This document shows, one piece after another, positions 9,420 through 20,014 of a stretch of 22,855 nt of DNA. Source of the stretch: Octopus sinensis (lineage: Eukaryota); NCBI RefSeq assembly GCF_006345805.1, contig NW_021836933.1, positions 1 to 22,855 of the forward strand. Direction: 5' to 3'. Within the stretch, counting starts at the first letter, position 1. The number at the start of each line of letters is the position of its first letter. The position numbers and the translations under genes are program-made. Under the pieces are notes generated by a model. The model was not told the origin of the DNA and ran no database searches. It saw nothing but the letters and a program-made list of their open reading frames with translations.

Positions 9420-9552
9420 TTTATCTTTTGTTTCAACCATTGAACTACGGACATTCTAGAACACAACATGAAGTGTTTAGTCGAAGAAGTGAACCCAGTA
9501 CTTATTTTTGAAAGCCCTAGTACTTATTCTATCGTCTGCCGAGCCGGTGAGG
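9420..9552 (-). mobile_element. Old family A-related 3' tail fragment
   Basis: TTGTTTCAACCATTG...TTTAGTCGAA..ACCCAGTACTTATT..CTAGTACTTATTCTATCG follows the family A tail with many substitutions. Confidence 0.55.
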
Positions 9553-10351
9553 GGCAAACAAGTCAGGAGCGAAGAGACCTTGGTTAAATCAGATGACATG
9601 GAACTTGGATATTTTCTGAAATAAACGTGTAGCTTTTTCAGTGATAAAACTCCTGATCATTAGCAAGCACCTTCACAAAAAATAAATATAACTAACAAAA
9701 AATATACTTTTAAGGAAAACCAATTTATATGAAAATGAAAATCTTCAAAAACCAAAATGTCTTTTATCTCTCGCTCACACTATTCACTTTTGAAATATAA
9801 TTATGTACGTTGATGCTCTTTGGAAATCAGAATTTACAATTACAACTGAACTTTAAAACATCGGCTGAATATCAAACGGGAACAAAGAAAAGCTACTCGT
9901 ATAGAGCTATCCGTGTTAATAAGATCAAAAGTGTCTCTAAGACATTTTCACGATGTCATTTTAGGAAGTTAAATGCGTTGTTAGATATTCCACTCATACA
10001 ATGTGAAAAATACAATTTGAAGTTTTCGCTTATTGTGTATTGAAATATCCTTTTAATCCATCAGATGAGTTAATTATCGTTTTGATATGTAAGTTAAAAG
10101 ATTTACACTTCACAGAAATGGAGCCAAGTTATTGGCCTCGGTAGTCGAATCTCTGATTATGTCATACAATAAAAGACAGTTCTGTAAAGCGTTGGTAAGT
10201 CTGCATTCGTTTAGTAAAGTTATATACTTGTAAATTGGTTCTACCTGGATTTACCGTAATCTTAGAAAGTCTTGGAGGTTAACAAACACTTTTATATTCA
10301 TACATCAATTCCCAATATGGTTAAGGTAAATTCTTGAGGATTTTAGAAATG

Positions 10352-10562
10352 ATAATATTGATTTCAAATTTTGGCACAAGACCAGCGATGTCGGGGGCAA
10401 GTCGATTACATTGACCCCCGTTCTCAACTGGTATTTTTTATTAACCTCAAAAGAGATGAAAGACAAAATAAACCTCGATAAAAATCGAACTCAGAAATTA
10501 AAGACGGACGAAATGCCGCAAAGTCCGGCGCAGTAACGATTTTGCCAGCTCGCCGGCGCCTT
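10352..10562 (-). mobile_element. SINE family B, diverged copy with third tail variant
   Basis: Minus-strand head AAGGCGCCGGCGAGCTGGCAAAATCGTTA, core GAGTTCGATTTT..; tail ..GGTCTTGTGCCAAAATTTGAAAT. Confidence 0.75.
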
Positions 10563-10760
10563 ATTTATAATCATTATATTGAATGTATACCATAAGTAGT
10601 TGGATAATGAACGGGTCAGTATGATATTGCTGTGAAAAAAACTCGTTGAAAACCATGAAAGACGTAACTTAATTCTATTATGAAGAGCAAAAAATTTTCA
10701 AGCGAGATTATGCATAAAACCCCGGTTGAAAAGCAAAAGGGAAGGGCAACAACTGTAGTT

Positions 10761-11176
10761 CTCTTTTTTCTCTTTTCTCTTTTACTTGTTTCAGTCATTT
10801 GACTGCGGCCATGCTGGAGCACCGCCTTTAGTCGAGCAACTCGACCCCAGGACTTATTCTGTTGTAAGCCCAGTACTATTTATCGGTCTCTTTTGCCGAA
10901 CCGCTAAGTGACGGGGGCGTAAAACACCAGCATCGATTGTCAAGCAATGCTAGGGGGACAAACACAGGCACACAAACAAACACGCACACATATATATATA
11001 TATATAACATATATACGACGGGCTTCTTTCAGTTTCCGTCTACAAATCCACTCACCAAGGCTTTGGTGGCCCGAGGCTATAGTAGAAGACCGTGCCAAGG
11101 TGCCATGCAGCGGGACTGAACCCGGAACCATGTGGTTGGTAAGCAAGCTACTTACCACACAGCCACTCCTGCGCCT
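10761..11176 (-). mobile_element. SINE family A, full length
   Basis: A box TGGCTGTGTGGT, B box GGGTTCAGTCCC, internal microsatellite, (AAAAGAG)n tail; highly similar to the 11650 copy. Confidence 0.93.
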
Positions 11177-11485
11177 GCAAAGAAAGTGAAATCAATACCA
11201 AAACAAAATGTGTTTGAACAATTGGCTGATAGGTGGGAACAAAAACCTCTGCATGGCAAATATGTGGCCCGTAGCAAACAAGCTGATGTAGACCAGAAGT
11301 ACACCCATCAGTGGCTACGGAACTCAGGGCTAAAGGCAGAGAGTGAAGGCTTTGTCTTGGCTGCCGAAGATTAGAGATTGTTGACTCAGAACTATCAAGC
11401 CAATGTGATGAAAAATGGTGTAGACCCAAAGTGCCGATACTACAACGGTGGGTTAGAAACAGTGGACCACCTAATTTCTGGCTCT
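11177..11485 (+). mobile_element. Decayed R4/Dong-clade non-LTR retrotransposon fragment (pre-CCHC region and zinc knuckle)
   Basis: One frame reads DRWEQKPLHGKY..HQWLRNSGLKAESEGFVLAAED*RLLTQNYQANVMKNGVDPKCRYYNGGLETVDHLISGS. It has a TAG at 11372-11374 where the motif has Q (AAQDQ), and a degenerate C-x2-C-x8-H-x4-C with two Cys lost. Confidence 0.85.
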
Positions 11486-11649
11486 GTTCATTATTATTTT
11501 GTTTCAGCTTCAATGGAATAATACATACATGATGGCTGCGAACGCGTGTTCAAGTATTGCCGTCGCCTGATATCGAAAGTCCCACACCCGCGAAGGCTAC
11601 GACCAGCTATTTTTGTGATAGGTCTTACGTTTTCTTTTCAAGCGATGCC

Positions 11650-12076
11650 TCTTTACTCTTTACACTTTACTCTTTTACTTGTTTCAGTCATTTGACTGCG
11701 CCATGCTGGAGCACCGCCTTTAGTCTAGCAAATCGACCCCGGGACTTATTCTTTGTAAGCCCAGTACTTATTCTATCGGTCTCTTTTGCCGAACCGCTAA
11801 GTGACGGGGACGTAAAGACACCAGCATCGGTTGTCAAGCAATGCTAGGGAGACAAACACAGACGCACAAACATATATACACACATATATATATATATATA
11901 TATACATATATACGACAGGTTTCTTTCAGTTTCCGTCTACCAAATCCACTCACAAGGCTTTGGTCGGCCCGAGGCTATAGTAGAAGACACTTGCCCAAGA
12001 TGCCACGCAGTGGGACTGAACCCGGAACCATGTGGTCGGTAAACAAGCTACTTACCACACAGCCACTCCTGCGCCT
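11650..12076 (-). mobile_element. SINE family A, full length
   Basis: Same architecture as the 10761 copy; intact A and B boxes and CTTGGGCAAGTG core. Confidence 0.93.
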
Positions 12077-12337
12077 TTTGGATGCCTGTGCATGATGATT
12101 TTTTTTATGGCGAGGAACGGATTTGTACAAATCCAATCCCACTCTCTGAACATGGACATCATAAACTCGGTAAGAAAAACCAGTTTAAATCATTAAATAT
12201 TGTCAGTGTCGCAAGTTTTCTCTCTGAGTTTCCCTCTTCTAGAGAGACGTTGTCCGGTGGGCCAACTGCGCACCTGGACACCGACCCAGGTATTTCCACG
12301 TCCCCCGCGCATACATACATGCATACATACATATATA

Positions 12338-13291
12338 TATTTCTTTACTACCCACAAGGGGCTAAACACAGAGGGGACAAACAAGGACAGACAAAGGGAT
12401 TAAGTCGATTACATCGACCCCAGTGCGCAACTGGTACTTAATTTATCGACTCCGAAAGGATGAAAGGCAAAGTCTACCTCGGCGGAATTTGAACTCAGAA
12501 CGTAGCGGCAGACGGAATACCTATTTCTTTATTACCCACAAGGGGCTAAACACAGAGGGGACAAACAAGGACAGACAAAGGGATTAAGTCGATTACATCG
12601 ACCCCAGTGCGCAACTGGTACTTATTTATCGACTCCGAAGGATGAAAGGCAAAGTCTACCTCGGCGGAATTTGAACTCAGAACGTAGCGGCAGACGGAAT
12701 ACCTATTTCTTTATTACCCACAAGGGGCTAAACACAGAGGGGACAAACAAGGACAGACAAAGGGATTAAGTCGATTACATCGACCCCAGTGCGCAACTGG
12801 TACTTAATTTATCGACTCCGAAAGGATGAAAGGCAAAGTCTACCTCGGCGGAATTTGAACTCAGAACGTAGCGGCAGACGGAATACCTATTTCTTTATTA
12901 CCCACAAGGGGCTAAACACAGAGGGGACAAACAGGACAGACAAAGGGATTAAGTCGATTACATCGACCCCAGTGCGCAACTGGTACTTAATTTATCGACT
13001 CCGAAAGGATGAAAGGCAAAGTCTACCTCGGCGGAATTTGAACTCAGAACGTAGCGGCAGACGGAATACCTATTTCTTTATTACCCACAAGGGGCTAAAC
13101 ACAGAGGGGACAAACAAGGACAGACAAAGGGATTAAGTCGATTACATCGACCCCAGTGCGCAACTGGTACTTAATTTATCGACTCCGAAAGGATGAAAGG
13201 CAAAGTCTACCTCGGCGGAATTTGAACTCAGAACGTAACGGCAGACGAAATACGGTCACGCATTTCACCCGGCGTGCTAACGTTTCTGCCA
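12338..13291 (-). mobile_element. SINE family B tandem array: one headed unit plus four 5'-truncated units (periods 184, 182, 184, 183 bp)
   Basis: Unit boundaries TATTTCTTTA at 12338, 12522, 12704, 12888 and 13071. Only the unit ending at 13291 has the A-box head TGGCAGAAACGTTAGCACGCCGG; every unit has the B box GAGTTCAAATTCC. Confidence 0.95.
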
Positions 13292-13493
13292 TATATAAAC
13301 ATACCGTTGGATGACCGTTGACTGCGCATGAGCTCTTCCGGCCTTTGACAGGTCTTATTTTTGTGCAACAATCACCCTCCTCACCAAGCAAACTTGATGG
13401 GGGTTACCTGTCTAGTCGCCGACGACACGACCATGCAACAGGTTGTACTGGGTTACATGTTACCAGTAGTACCCAAGAGCGACCTGACATGGA

Positions 13494-13899
13494 TGGAAGC
13501 ACTCCGTCAGTTACGACGATGAGGGTTCCGGTTGATCCGAATCAACGGAACAGCCTGCTCGTGAAATTAACGTGTAAGTGGCTGAGCACTCCACACAGAC
13601 GTGCACCCTTAACGTAGTTCTCGGTGATATTCAGCGTGACACAGAGAGTGACAAGGCCGGCCCCTTGAAATACAGGTAGAACAGAAACAGGAAGTAAGAG
13701 TGAGAGAAAGTTGTGGTGAAAGAGTACAGCAGGGATCACCACCATCCCCTGCCGGAGCCTCGTGGAGCTTTTAGGTGTTTTCGCTCAATAAACACTCACA
13801 ACGCCCGGTCTGGGAATCGAAACCGCGATCCTATAACCGCGAGTCCGCTGCCCTAACCACTGGGCCATTGCGCCTCCACATACACATTGCGCCTCCATT
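13494..13899 (-). mobile_element. SINE family C (tRNA-derived, ~385 bp) with 12-bp TSD and duplicated 5' end
   Basis: A box TGGCCCAGTGG, B box GTTTCGATTCC. TSD GCGACCTGACAT at 13479-13490 and 13900-13911. An extra TGGAGGCGCAATG lies inside the TSD. The head is tRNA-Arg-like (possibly the described octopus OR1 family; name from memory). Confidence 0.92.
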
Positions 13900-15545
13900 G
13901 CGACCTGACATACATACATATATACATATATGTATGTGTGTATGTATACACACATACTCATGCATACATATGGCAAAACATGAGAGATGGCTTATAAGCT
14001 ATTTCGTTACATCAACTTGCGTAAAGTGATTATTTGTAAATTCTATTATCAAGGCTCTAAACACGTCCTTGTTACTCCATAATAGCAACATGTATCAACC
14101 TTATATGCCTTCATTTATTCGACTCCGTTTCACGTAATTTTCATTAAAATTTATTTCGAGTGACTTGCTTCGCAGACGGAATATATGAATCTTTGTGTGG
14201 GAGGTTAAAATTCACTGATCTCCAACTGCGGTATAAACACACCAGAAGAACACAAATCTTATGCATTATTACAGATGTAGTGAGAGGATAGATTCATTAC
14301 AAGAACTCAAAGAACGAAAGCATTTGAAAGCATTACGCAATTAAAGGAAAACGCTTTAGAAAAAAATATTGAATTCTAGCTGTGATTTTCTCCGAAAAAG
14401 CGCCCTGCCAAAATGTCAAAATTCACCTCTAGTCACGATATATTGACTTCATTTTACCAATTTAATTTTAAAAATCCATTAACACGAAACCTTAAATAAA
14501 CACACATTTTTGCAATCATGCGTTTTTGAATCAAATATTAATGGAATTCTCATCTGTTGAATATTATTGCATTGCTAAAAACTTTTCAGAAGGATGATTT
14601 TTATCAGAAAAGCATGTTCAAAGACATTTACTACACGAATACATACACACACACAAAAACACACTCACACATACACACACAAGAAAATAAACAAGAAAAC
14701 ACACACACACACACACATACAAACACGCCAGACAGCATATATCACCATAAATTTGTCAAAAGCGGAAATCCACTAGAAATAAAGACGTCCAATATTTAAG
14801 TTATTTATTTGAAGAAATTCTCTGTTCACAATCGACAGCTCTACAAATTACATGAACTAAAGACAAGCAGCTATATTTTTTTAGCTATTGGTCTTGTTTT
14901 TTTTACATCTGTTTCGAACAATGTAGGTAAATGTTTTGGCATTTAATCGCAAAAGGTCTACTGAGATAGTTCTCAATATTTATATTAAACCATGCAACTT
15001 AAGTTAATTGTACGTGTGAGGAGAAATGAACATCATCCTTTTGCGTTTCCTTTCAATAAAACATAAGACATTTTATTCTGAAAAAAAAGACAAGCTATTA
15101 TATCTATGATTTTGTAAGCTATTACATCTTTTGATTTTTTAGGCACTAATACTGAGAGTTTGGAAGAAGATTATGTGACTTTGACATTGTGATAATTGTA
15201 GCATAGGTGAGATGAAGTACCTTCTTTCACAGAATAAAATCAGATAACTTATTTGCTTTGGTTCTGTTCTCCACATCCTCCTTCTATACATGCATCTATT
15301 TCAACAATTGTAAAAAATATTACCTGTTTAAAAACGGAAAACAAGAAAAGGAATACTTTTTCTGAAGTCTGAGTATTTAAATAGTCTTGAAGTCTGTACA
15401 CGAAGTAGGAACACAGTCTGGGTTGCAGAATTAGGAAAGGGCTTAGCATTTCATTCTGAACTCACTGAATGACTGTGGTTTTGTTGGATTAAGACAGACT
15501 TGAAGTTATGAATTATTTCAAGAATACATTTCAGTTGATCTTTAA

Positions 15546-15765
15546 CTTTTCTACTCTAGGCACAAGGCCCGAATTTCTTTTCTTTTTGAAGGGGGGCAAT
15601 TGATCAGATCGACCCCAGTAAGCAACTGGTACCTAGTTTATCGACTCCGAAAGAATGAAAGGCAAAGTCGACCCCGGCGGAATTTGAACTCAGAACGTAA
15701 TGACAGACGAAATACTGCTAAGCATTTCACCCGGCGTGCTAACGATTCTACCAGCTCGCCGACTT
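15546..15765 (-). mobile_element. SINE family B monomer, full length, with ~16-bp TSD
   Basis: Head AAGTCGGCGAGCTGGTAGAATCGTTAGC; tail GGGCCTTGTGCCTAGAGTAGAAAAG. Flanking direct repeat AGAA(T/A)ACATTTCAGTT at 15521-15536 and 15766-15781. Confidence 0.88.
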
Positions 15766-16517
15766 AGAAAACATTTCAGTTAATGGTAGCGCAAAGAAGG
15801 GAGAAGTGAAGTACTAGAAACGAAAGATTACCGACGGCCAAACGTTCTTGAAATATCTAAGTGCTGTGTTTTATGGTGTCTATGAATGAAATACCAGTTA
15901 TATACTAGGTTGACTCAGTTGGCTCAACTTCACAATTACAGGTTGATGATTTCGCATAAGAGAACAATATTTATGTTTCTAAGTAGAGACCTGTGGTACA
16001 GAATATTATATTTCTATGGGGGTGGGGAGAGAGCACAAATTTATTTAAGCAGCCAGAGTACGTAATGGGTGCTAATTCGTTGGAAATGAAGAAATTTATT
16101 TAGAAATTCTCATTAATTTTTATTTAATAGTCACTATCGTAAATTGACGAATATTATTCATATGTTCTCATTAATTGCTCTTCTTACAAACAGTTCGTTT
16201 CTATAAATCAAATTGATTCATTGCCGAAGGCTATCTTTGGATTCTCTTGGGAAAGCAGCATTGTTATTCCTGACGTCAGTAAAGACGTCGACCATGTTTG
16301 GTGTGCAATCCTTCTACAAAAGAATCTTGTCTACAGTCTCTGTCTGTTTCTCATCATCTCATGGATCTCTACTTTCTTATCGGATAGTACCATTGCGGGA
16401 TTTGTTAACGCAGTGCTTCTGCTCCATTCCTAATACACTCTGGTGTTCTTTAGGGCTCGGTTCTGTCCGGCACACACTTCCTTCTATACATCCACGACAT
16501 ACTTGTCGCTACTTAGT

Positions 16518-16901
16518 GGAGGCGCAATGGCCCAGTGGTTAGGGCAGCGGACTCGCGGTCATAAGATCGCGGTTTCGATTCCCAGACCGGGTGTTGTGAG
16601 TGTTTATTGAGCGAAAACACCTAAAAAGTTCCACGAGGCTCCGGCAGGGGATGGTGGTGATCCCTGCTGTACTCTTTCACCACAAATTTCTCTCACTCTT
16701 ACTTCCTGTTTCTGTTGTATCTGTATTTCAAAGGGCCGGCCTTGTCACTCTCTGTGTCACGCTGAATATCCCCGAGAACTACGTTAAGGGTACACGTGTC
16801 TGTGGAGTGCTCAGCCACTTACACGTTAATTTCACGAGCAGGCTGTTCCGTTGATTCGGATCAACCGGAACCCTCGTCGTCGTAACCGACGGAGTGCTTC
16901 C
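16518..16901 (+). mobile_element. SINE family C with perfect 14-bp TSD
   Basis: GGAGGCGCAATGGCCCAGTGG...GACGGAGTGCTTCC; TSD ACTTGTCGCTACTT at 16501-16514 and 16902-16915. Confidence 0.95.
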
Positions 16902-18551
16902 ACTTGTCGCTACTTCCATCAACACCAATTCTTATGCAGCCACATTCTTTGCACACAATCTAAACACCACGCAGTGTCCATTTTATCATTCTGTTCTTGT
17001 TAATGTGAAGCTATCACGTAAAATGTCGAGTTATATTGTATTCAGTAAAACACTCGTTTGTATGGCAGCACTGTCATTGCTTACAACCATTCTGTTATAT
17101 CTGCTTACAGAAAAGTGAGAGTTTATGTGTACATAAGTTGGCTCGGGGCAGTATGTAGAACTGTCGACCGTTACTTTACTAAACTGTTGCAACTTTTCTC
17201 ACCCTAGTATTTTCAACCCAACTTCATTTTACTAAAGGGTACAGAATTCAAAATCTGATTTTATATTTTTAACCAAGTCCAGTAGATAGAGTTTCGTTTT
17301 ATAAATAACAGAGTTTTACTTCATATATTTTTTGTCAAGCTTTGAAGTAACATATCTGCTACGAAAAAATATCTTTGTGACTTGCATTTAATTCAAAATT
17401 ATGTTCACTTATAAAAGCTCTCAGTTTCAGTTTAAATAAAAATCTATATCCTTGACGGTGTTTATTGATCCGTCCTTTCTCATTTGTCCGACATTAAGCC
17501 ACGCATACACGGACACACATACACACACATATTTCTTGTTAGCTTCGTTAGAGGAGTTAGTAGTATGTAAGTTTTGCTCTCAGCTTGCTGACAGTGCAAT
17601 ATATTTGAGCAAAGAAGTTTTGCTCTTCTAAATTTACGATCCACTCTCTATCTGTCTCTGAACAGCTGTGAATCAAGTGGTCGCTGCTATATTTCTGCAT
17701 TTAAGCAACAAAACTGGAGGAAACGAACTGGAAAAAAATTCATCTTCACCGTGTGAACTCGCAAACAATAATATTAATGACAAAGACAAAAATGTTCGAC
17801 GATTGTCGAATTAATCAATTGAACGACTCATTTTATGCCATTCAACAACAATTATGCCGGTCTATCTTTGCAGAACATCTTTTAGAGCTGGAAATTACTT
17901 TCTAACAATAGCACTGAAGAATTACAGGAAATCATTAAACGATGTTTTGAAATCCTATCGGAAATACGGTTATTGTTTAGTACTCCAAGATGACCACCGC
18001 CATCTTCTTGAGAAACTCGCGAGATATTATGGCCGTCTTGTTTTTAAATCGATTCTCTCAATCAGAGATATCTCATTAATGCAAACTTAATTTATTTTGA
18101 AGTCTTTGGAAATAGGAAATTTAATACACAGATAATTTCTAATTCCAACGAAATCCGATGTAGCTAAATTTACCATAAATTCGATTATTATTTTTACTTC
18201 TAGTTCAAATAAACTTTCCGTCACAAGATGTGTTGCGTTTCTCTATTAATTTTATTGTAATAACATTCTTACTCCGATCTTTGTGTATGAGACTACGAGT
18301 CAGCCATTATATGTATGTCTGTGAAGGTCTGTCTTATGATGTCATATCGATGAACAGATCTAAGAAATAATATTTTTTCTTTGATTTAAAATTTACAGTA
18401 TCAGATGGAACATCAGATTGATTTAAAGAGGTAAAAAATATATTGAAGTGAGAAAATTTATAATTTCTAAACACCGAAGATTATGAATGCAACTCGATCC
18501 GATATGAATAAATATCTAACTCTGAACTTAACAAATATGGCCAATATATTC

Positions 18552-18647
18552 GCTTCTTGGTCCTAAATCCAAACGGATTAATAGTAGAGACATTAATGAG
18601 CTTCTTATTCTTAAATCCAAACAGATTAATAGTAGAGACATTAATGA
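18552..18647. repeat. 48-bp tandem duplication (2 copies)
   Basis: GCTTCTT..TAAATCCAAAC(G/A)GATTAATAGTAGAGACATTAATGA starts at 18552 and 18600. Confidence 0.9.
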
Positions 18648-18732
18648 AAGAAGTCGCCAGATGTAACAGATAAATGGAAACTGGGCAGTTTGTATAGAGA
18701 CACACGCCATTTTATGCATTCAGGATCAACAA

Positions 18733-18985
18733 ACCCGTCGTATATATGTATATATATATATGTATGTGTGTGTGTTTGTGTGTCTGTGTTTGTCCACCCA
18801 ACATCGCTTGACAACCGATGCTGGTGTGTTTACGTCCCCGTAACTTAGCGGTTCGGCAAAAGAGACCGATAGAATAAGTACTATGCTTACAAGAATAAGT
18901 CCTGGGGTCGATTTGCTCGACTAAGAGGCGGTGCTCCAGCATGGCCACAATCAAATGACTGAAACAAATAAAAGAGTAAAAGAGT
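18733..18985 (+). mobile_element. SINE family A, 5'-truncated (internal microsatellite and 3' half)
   Basis: Begins ACCCGTCGTATATAT, just before the internal microsatellite; ends (AAAAGAGT)2. Confidence 0.9.
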
Positions 18986-19632
18986 ATATTACGCGCGCGC
19001 GTGTTTTGAACGTCAAAGAAACCCCCCAAATCTTCTACAGCATAATTAGAACTAAGAATGCGAAAAAGCCAACAAAATATTTATGGGAATTTAGCCACTG
19101 TTTTGCCATTTCTTTTGTACGATTAGCGTTAACATATTTCAATGATGTTAAAGGAAGATTATAAGCACCGTTGTATGATTCCTTACAAGCCGCCTCTGCC
19201 ACACAATATCGATATCCCGTTTGAGAGAAACGTGATCGCCACTATATTTACTGATTTCTATATCGATACATTGATTTACGACATGAAATAACTCCCAAAA
19301 GTAACGGGAGATGTTTGTGATAACAGGTAAACACATTTACATGCGGTTACGTTGTTTAAGAAGCATACATTTAACCACCGGGCTCCATTCATCTTATATT
19401 TATGAACCTGTAGTCAAGTTGGACTATAAAACAGTTAGAATAGATACGGGAACACAGTTCAGATCTCTTGTGAATAAAACACACTAAATGGTTGGTAGTA
19501 GTAAGAGATGACTGCTGTGAAAAAGTTTGCCTATGATGTTGTGATGATCAGTTTTGCTATAAGCTTAGAAATTTTCATGTTCGAGGACTAAAAACCATTC
19601 CTATCATTTCGTTTGTGGAGTATGTTGAGCTT

Positions 19633-20014
19633 GGAGGCGCAATGACCCAGTGGTTAGGGCAGCGGACTCGCGGTCATAGGATCGCGGTTTCGATTCCCAG
19701 ACCGGGCGTTGTGAGTGTTTATTGAGCGAAAACACCTAAAAGCTCCACGAGGCTCCGGCAGGGGATGGTGATGATCCCTGCTGTACTCTTTCACCACAAC
19801 TTTCTCTCACTCTTACTTCCTGTTTCTGTTGTACCTGTATTTCAAAGGGCCGGCCTTGTCACTCTCTGTGTCACGCTGAATATCCCCGAGAACTACATTA
19901 AGGATGCACGTGTCTGTGGAGTGCTCAGCCACTTACACGTTAATTTCACGAGCAGGCTGTTCCGTTGATCGGATCAACCGGAACCCTCGTCGTCGTAACC
20001 GACGGAGTGCTTCC
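19633..20014 (+). mobile_element. SINE family C with 11-bp TSD (1 mismatch)
   Basis: About 97% similar to the 16518 copy by manual comparison; ATGTT(G/C)AGCTT at 19622-19632 and 20015-20025. Confidence 0.93.

Noticed and set aside
12338-13291. CRISPR-like or coding tandem array (ORF 12789..13136)
   Set aside because: Units are contiguous with no unique spacers, the DNA is eukaryotic, and periods are not consistently multiples of three. No hammerhead core is found in the unit, so it is not a retrozyme either.
15143-15206. Candidate 64-bp exon (TTTTTTAG|...AG|GTGAGA)
   Set aside because: Stops in all three frames and no supporting neighbouring exons; such splice-like sites are common in AT-rich DNA.
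15249-15449. Minus-strand ORF with acceptor-like TTTTTAAACAG
   Set aside because: Short, no recognisable homology, and no second exon identified.
16200-16500. THAP-like FP..LRQ*I fragment on the minus strand
   Set aside because: Lacks the N-terminal CxxxxC and the downstream C..HF; likely chance.
17800-18090. Possible Helitron helicase motif I relic (RAGNYFLTIAL)
   Set aside because: Similarity to GxGGTGKTFL is too weak and no further motifs are in register.
13542-19968. Recurrent MVVIPAVLFHH.. ORFs (13542, 16600, 19765) and MLQHGRSQMT.. / MWLVSKLLT.. ORFs
   Set aside because: Incidental frames within SINE families C and A; they recur only because the repeat recurs.
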